DNA from: Antedon mediterranea | Taxonomy: Eukaryota > Animalia > Echinodermata | DNA: 64,000 bases | Direction of reading: 5' to 3' | Assembly (NCBI RefSeq): GCF_964355755.1 | Contig: NC_092676.1 | Location: 12,324,771-12,388,770 of the forward strand | Part shown: positions 57,900-64,000 of the stretch, one piece after another | Numbering within the stretch: position 1 is the stretch's first letter | How the letters are laid out: every line of letters begins with the position of its first letter | The notes under the pieces: generated by a model | Seen by the model: the letters and a program-made list of their open reading frames with translations, nothing else | What the model was told of the DNA's origin: nothing | Databases searched by the model: none | Position numbers and translations under genes: made by a program

Positions 57900-58870
57900 A
57901 TTTTGATAAAACTTTTCACACAAAAACATCAAATTGCACAAAATAGCTTAATATTGTGTTTGAAAACGTTTTAAACCATTTTGAGCATGTCGATAAAACT
58001 TTTCACACAAAAATATCAAAGTGCCCAGAATATCTTCAAATCGCATTTAGAGACGTTTTAGACCATTTTGTGCATTTCGAAAAAATTTGTTAACATAAAA
58101 AGACCAAAGTGTTTAGATTATCTCCAAATCGCATTTGGAGACGTTTTAGACCATTTTGTGTTTTTCGAAAAAACTTTTCACACAAAAACATCAAAGTGTA
58201 CAAAATTGCTTCAAATCGCATTTAGAGAGGTTTTAGACCATTTTGTGCATTTCGATAAAACTTTTCACACAAAAACATCAAAGTGCACAGAATATCTTAA
58301 TACCGTGTCTGAAATCGTTTTAAACCATTTTGAGCATGTCGATAAAACTTTTCACACAAAAACATCAAAGTGCACAGAATATCTTCAAATCGCATTTAGA
58401 GACGTTTTAGACCATTTTGTGCATTTCGAAAAAATTTGTTAACATAAAAAGACCAAAGTGTTTAGAATATCTCCAAATCGCATTTGGAGACGTTTTAGAC
58501 CATTTTGTGCATTTCGATGAAACTTGGTTACACAAAAACATCAAAGTGCTTAAAATCACATTTGAAACCGTTTTAGAGCATTTTGAGCATTTCGATAAAA
58601 CTTTTCACATAAAAACATCAAAGTGTACAAAATAGCTTCAAATCACATTTGAAACCGTTTTAGACCATTTTGAGCATTTCGATAAAACTTTTCACACAAA
58701 AACATCAAAGTGTACAGAATAGCTTCAAATCGCATTTGGAGACGTTTTAGACCAATTTGTGCATTTCGATGAAACTTGGTTACACAAAAACATCAAAGTG
58801 CTTAAAATCACATTTGAAACCGTTTTAGAGCATTTTTAACATTTCGATAATACTTTTCACACAAAAACAT
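57900..58870 (+). repeat. Dispersed ~1-kb copy of ~11820-12780 and ~50950-51910
   Basis: ORFs 11982, 51111 and 58068. Markers are atattgtg, gtgcccag, ttagattatc and gtgtctgaa. Confidence 0.85.
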
Positions 58871-60639
58871 CAAAGTGTACAAAATAGCTTCAAATCGCAT
58901 TTGGAGACGTTTTAGACCATTTTGTGCATTTCGATGAAACTTGGTTACACAAAAACATCAAAGTGCTTAAAATCACATTTGAAACCGTTTTAGAGCATTT
59001 TGAGCATTTCGATAAAACTTTTCACACAAAAAAATCAAAGTGCACAAAATAGCTTCAAATCGCATTTGGAGAGGTTTTAGACCATTTTGTGCATTTCGAT
59101 AAAACTTTTCACACAAAAACATCAAAGTGTACAAAATAGCTTCAAATCGCATTTAGAGACGTTTTAGACCATTTTGTGCATTTCGATGAAACTTGGTTAC
59201 ACAAAAACATCAAAGTGCTTAAAATCACATTTAAAACCGTTTTAGAGCGTTTTGAGCATTTCGATAAACTTTTTACACAAAAACATCAAAGTGCACAAAA
59301 TAGCTTCAAATCGCATTTAGGGATGTTTTAGACCATTTTGTGCATTTCGATAAAACTTTTCACACAAAAACATCAAATTGCACAAAATAGCTTAATACCG
59401 TGTTTGAAATCATTTTAAACCATTTTGAGCATGTCGATAAAACTTTTCACACAAAAACATCAAAGTGTACAAAATAGCTTCAAATCGCATTTGGAGACGT
59501 TTTAGACCATTTTGTGCATTTCGATGAAACTTGGTTATACAAAAACATCAAAGTGCTTAAAATCACATTTAAAACCGTTTCAGAGCATTTTTAGCATTTC
59601 GATAAAACTTTTCACACAAAAACATCAAAGTGTACAAAATAGCTTCAAATCGCATTTAGAGAGGTTTTAGACAATTTTGTGCATTTCGATAAAACTTTTC
59701 ACACAAAAACATCAAAGTGTACAAAATAGCTTCAAATTGCATTTAGAGACGTTTTAGACCATTTTGTGCATTTCGATAAAACTTTTCACACAAAAACATC
59801 AAATTGCACAAAATCGTTTTAAACCATTTTAAATCGTTTTAAACCATTTTGAGCATGTCGATAAAACTTTTCACAAAAAACATCAAAGTGCACAGAATAG
59901 CTTCAAATTGCATTTGGAGACGTTTTAGAGCATTTTGTGCATTTCGATAAAATGTGTTAACATAAAAAGACCAAAGTGTTTAGAATATCTTCAAATCACA
60001 TTTGGAGACGTTTTAGACCATTTTTTGCATTTCGATGAAACTTGGTTACACAAAAACATCAAAGTGCTTAAAATCACATTTGAAACCGTTTTAGAGCATT
60101 TTGAGCATTTCGATAAAACTTTTCACACAAAAACATCAAAGTGTACAAAATAGCTTCAAATCGCATTTAGAGACGTTTTAGACCATTTTTTGCATTTCGA
60201 TGAAACTTGGTTACACAAAAACATCAAAGTGCTTAAAATCACATTTAAAACCGTTTTAGAGCATTTTTAGTATTTCGATAAAACTTTTCACACAAAAACA
60301 TCAAAGTGTACAAAATAGCTTCAAATCGCATTTAGAGAGGTTTTAGACAATTTTGTGCATTTCGATAAAACTTCTCACACAAAAACATCAAAGTGTACAA
60401 AATAGCTTCAAATTGCATTTAGAGACGTTTTAGACCATTTTGTGCATTTCGATAAAACTTTTCACACAAAAACATCAAATTGCACAAAATCGTTTTAAAC
60501 CATTTTAAATCGTTTTAAACCATTTTGAGCATTTCGATAAAACTTTTCACAAAAAACATCAAAGTGTTTAGAATATCTTCAAATCACATTTGGAGACGTT
60601 TTAGACCATTTTTTGCATTTCGATGAAATTTGGTTACAC

Positions 60640-62600
60640 AAAAACATCAAAGTGCTTAAAATCACATTTGAAACCGTTTTAGAGCATTTTGAGCATTTCG
60701 ATAAAACTTTTCACACAAAAACATCAAAGTGTACAAAATAGCTTCAAATCGCATTTAGAGACGTTTTAGACCATTTTGTGCATTTCGAAAAAATTTGTTA
60801 ACATAAAAAGACCAAAGTGTTTAGAATATCTCCAAATCGCATTTGGAGACGTTTTAGACCATTTTGTGCATTTCGATGAAACTTGGTTACACAAAAACAT
60901 CAAAGTGCTTAAAATCACATTTGAAACCGTTTTAGAGCATTTTTAGCATTTCGATAATACTTTTCACACAAAAACATCAGTGTACAAAATAGCTTCAAAT
61001 CGCATTTGGAGACGTTTTAGACCATTTTGTGCATTTCGATGAAACTTGGTTACACAAAAACATCAAAGTGCTTAAAATCACATTTGAAACCGTTTTAGAC
61101 CATTTTGAGCATTTCGATAAAACTTTTCACACAAAAAAATCAAAGTGCACAAAATAGCTTCAAATCGCATTTGGAGACGTTTTAGACTATTTTGTGCATT
61201 TTGAAAAAATTTGTTAACATAAAAAGACCAAAGTGTTTAGAATATCTCCAAATCGCATTTGGAGACGTTTTAAACCATTTTGTGCATTTCGATGGAACTT
61301 GGTTACACAAAAACATCAAAGTGCTTAAAATCACATTTAAAACCGTTTTAGAGCATTTTGAGCATTTCGATAAAACTTTTCACACAAAAACATCAAAGTG
61401 TACAAAATAGCTTCAAATCGCATTTAGAGACGTTTTAGACCATTTTGTGCATTTCGATAAAACTTTTCACACAAAAACATCAAATTGCACAAATAGCTTA
61501 ATACCGTGTTTGAAATCGTTTTAAACCATTTTGAGCATGTCGATAAAACTTTTCACAAAAAAACATCAAAGTGCACAGAATAGCTTCAAATCGCATTTGG
61601 AGACGTTTTAAACCATTTTGTACATTTCGATAAAACTTTTCACATAAAAACAACAAAGTGTACAAAATAGCTTCAAATCGCATTTGGAGACGTTTTAGAC
61701 CATTTTGTGCATTTCGATGAAACTCATCAAAGTGCTTAAAATCACATTTGAAACCGTTTTAGAGCATTTTGAGCATTTCGATAAAACTTTTCACACAAAA
61801 ACATCAAAGTGTACAAAATAGCTTCAAATCACATTTGAAACCGTTTTAGACCATATTGAGCATTTCGATAAAACTTTTCACACAAAAACATCAAAGTGTA
61901 CAAAATAGCTTCAAATCGCATTTGGAGACGTTTTAGACCATTTTGTGTATTTCGATGAAACTTGGTTACACAAAAACATCAAAGTGCTTAAAATCACATT
62001 TGAAAGCGTTTTAGAGCATTTTTAGCATTTCGATAATACTTTTCACACAAAAACATCAAAGTGTACAAAATAGCTTCAAATCGCATTTGGAGACGTTTTA
62101 GACCATTTTGTGCATTTCGATGAAACTTGGTTACACAAAAACATCAAAGTGCTTAAAATCACATTTAAAACAGTTTTAGAGCATTTTGAGCATTTCGATA
62201 AAACTTTTCACACAAAAACATCAAAGTGTACAAAATAGCTTCAAATCGCATTTAAAGAGGTTTTAGACCATTTTGTGCATTTCGATAAAACTTTTCACAC
62301 AAAAACATCAAAGTGTACAAAATAGCTTCAAATCGCATTTAGAGACGTTTTAGACCATCTTGTGCATTTCGATAAAACTTTTCACACAAAAACATCAAAT
62401 TGCACAAAATAGCTAAATATCGTGTTTGAAAACGTTTTAAACCATTTTGAGCATGTCGATAAAACTTTTCACACAAAAATATCAAAGTGCACAGAATATC
62501 TTCAAATCGCATTTAGAGACGTTTTAGACCATTTTGTGCATTTCGAAAAAATTTGTTAACATAAAAAGACCAAAGTGTTTAGAATATCTCCAAATCGCAT
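60640..62600 (+). repeat. Dispersed ~2-kb copy of ~4360-6340 and ~43490-45470
   Basis: Offset 56277 (4915->61192, 5221->61498) becomes 56263 after a 14-bp deletion near 61724. Markers are gcacaaatagc, catattgagc, gtgtatttcg, aaaacagttt, taaagagg and ccatcttgtg. Confidence 0.85.
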
Positions 62601-64000
62601 TTGGAGACGTTTTAGACCATTTTGTGTTTTTCGAAAAAACTTTTCACACAAAAACATCAAAGTGTACAAAATTGCTTCAAATCGCATTTGGAGACGTTTT
62701 AGACCATTTTGTGATTTTCGAAAAACTTTTCACACAAAAACATCAAAGTGTAGAAAATTGCTTCAAATCGCATTTAGAGACGTTTTAGACCATTTTGTGC
62801 ATTTCGAAAAAATTTGTTAACATAAAAAGACCAAAGTGTTTAGAATATTTCCAAATCGCATTTGGAGACGTTTTAGACCATTTTGTGCATTTCGATGAAA
62901 CTTGGTTACACAAAAACATCAAAGTGCTTAAAATCACATTTAAAACCGTTTTAGAGCGTTTTGAGCATTTCGATAAACTTTTCACACAAAAACATCAAAG
63001 TGCACAAAATAGCATTTAGAGATGTTTTAGACCATTTTGTGCATTTCGATAAAACTTTTCACACAAAAACATCAAATTGCACAAAAAAGCTTAATACCGT
63101 GTTTGAAATCGTTTTAAACCAATTTGAGCATGTCGATAAAACTTTTCACACAAAAAAATCAAAGTGCACAGAATATCTTCAAATCGCATTTAGAGACGTT
63201 TTAGACCATTTTGTGCATTTCGAAAAAATTTGTTAACATAAAAAGACCAAAGTGTTTAGAATATCTCCAAATCGCATTTGGAGACGTTTTAAACCATTTT
63301 GTGCATTTCGATGGAACTTGGTTACACAAAAACATCAAAGTGCTTAAAATCACATTTGAAAGCGTTTTAGAGCATTTTTAGCATTTCGATAATACTTTTC
63401 ACACAAAAACATCAAAGTGTACAGAATAGCTTCAAATCGCATTTGGAGACGTTTTAGACCATTTTGTGCATTTCGATGAAACTTGGTTACACAAAAACAT
63501 CAAAGTGCTTAAAATCACATTTGAAACCGTTTTAGAGCATTTTTAACATTTCGATAATACTTTTCACACAAAAACATCAAAGTGTACAAAATAGCTTCAA
63601 ATCGCATTTGGAGACGTTTTAGACCATTTTGTGCATTTCGATGAAACTTGGTTACACAAAAACATCAAAGTGCTTAAAATCACATTTGAAAGCGTTTTAG
63701 AGCATTTTTAGCATTTCGATAATACTTTTCACACAAAAACATCAAAGTGCACAAAATAGCTTCAAATCGCATTTAGAGATGTTTTAGACCATTTTGTGCA
63801 TTTCGATAAAACTTTTCACACAAAAACATCAAATTGCACAAAATAGCTTAATACCGTGTTTGAAATCATTTTAAACCATTTTGAGCATGTCGATAAAACT
63901 TTTCACACAAAAACATCAAAGTTTTTAGAATATCTCCAAATCGCATTTGGAGACGTTTTAGACCATTTTGTGCATTTCGATGAAACTTGGTTACACAAAA

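Larger units (their letters stand above)
1..64000 (+). repeat. Tandem satellite DNA array, ~87-bp monomer with 78/86/88-bp variants, continuous through both window edges
   Basis: The motif (g/a)cattt recurs at 1, 89, 176, 262, 350, 428 (spacings 88, 87, 86, 88, 78) and the same monomer family continues to base 64000. I saw no unique sequence. The ORF track shows the same short peptides recurring throughout. Confidence 0.98.

Noticed and set aside
26-63236. The many short ORFs (61-161 aa) such as MCISKKFVNIKRPKCLEYLQIAFGDVLDHF...
   Set aside because: They are translations of the satellite. The 87- and 78-bp monomers are multiples of 3, so frames stay open by chance. Many starts are TTG/GTG, frames break freely at 86/88-bp monomers, and no domain is recognisable.
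1-64000. CRISPR array (conserved ~30-bp segment alternating with variable segments)
   Set aside because: The variable parts are homologous, recurring variants of a few classes rather than unique spacers, and there is no leader or cas gene.
1-64000. Assignment to a named satellite family, species or CENP-B box
   Set aside because: I do not recognise the monomer, and I saw no match to the CENP-B box core (TTCG....A..CGGG). Centromeric function cannot be shown from sequence alone.

Overview
The whole 64-kb window is one uninterrupted, AT-rich (about 32% GC by my count of the canonical monomer) head-to-tail satellite DNA array, most likely eukaryotic (peri)centromeric or heterochromatic DNA. I cannot identify the species or family. 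The base monomer is 87 bp (GCATTTGGAGACGTTTTAGACCATTTTGTGCATTTCGATAAAACTTTTCACACAAAAACATCAAAGTGTACAAAATAGCTTCAAATC), with recurrent 88-bp, 78-bp and other variant classes. These follow preferred neighbour rules rather than one fixed higher-order repeat. Layered on top are sub-kb to 1.9-kb tandem duplications, dispersed 1-2 kb blocks, and a near-identical duplication of at least 13.6 kb at an offset of exactly 39,129 bp. The only places I saw the array change orientation are two perfect, spacerless 198-bp palindromes (19927-20124 and 20961-21158), each made by a locally templated inverted copy of the adjacent monomer. No genuine genes, RNA genes, CRISPR arrays or transposon ORFs are supported, and all listed ORFs are translations of the satellite. 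Boundaries of duplicated blocks were estimated by eye and are approximate.
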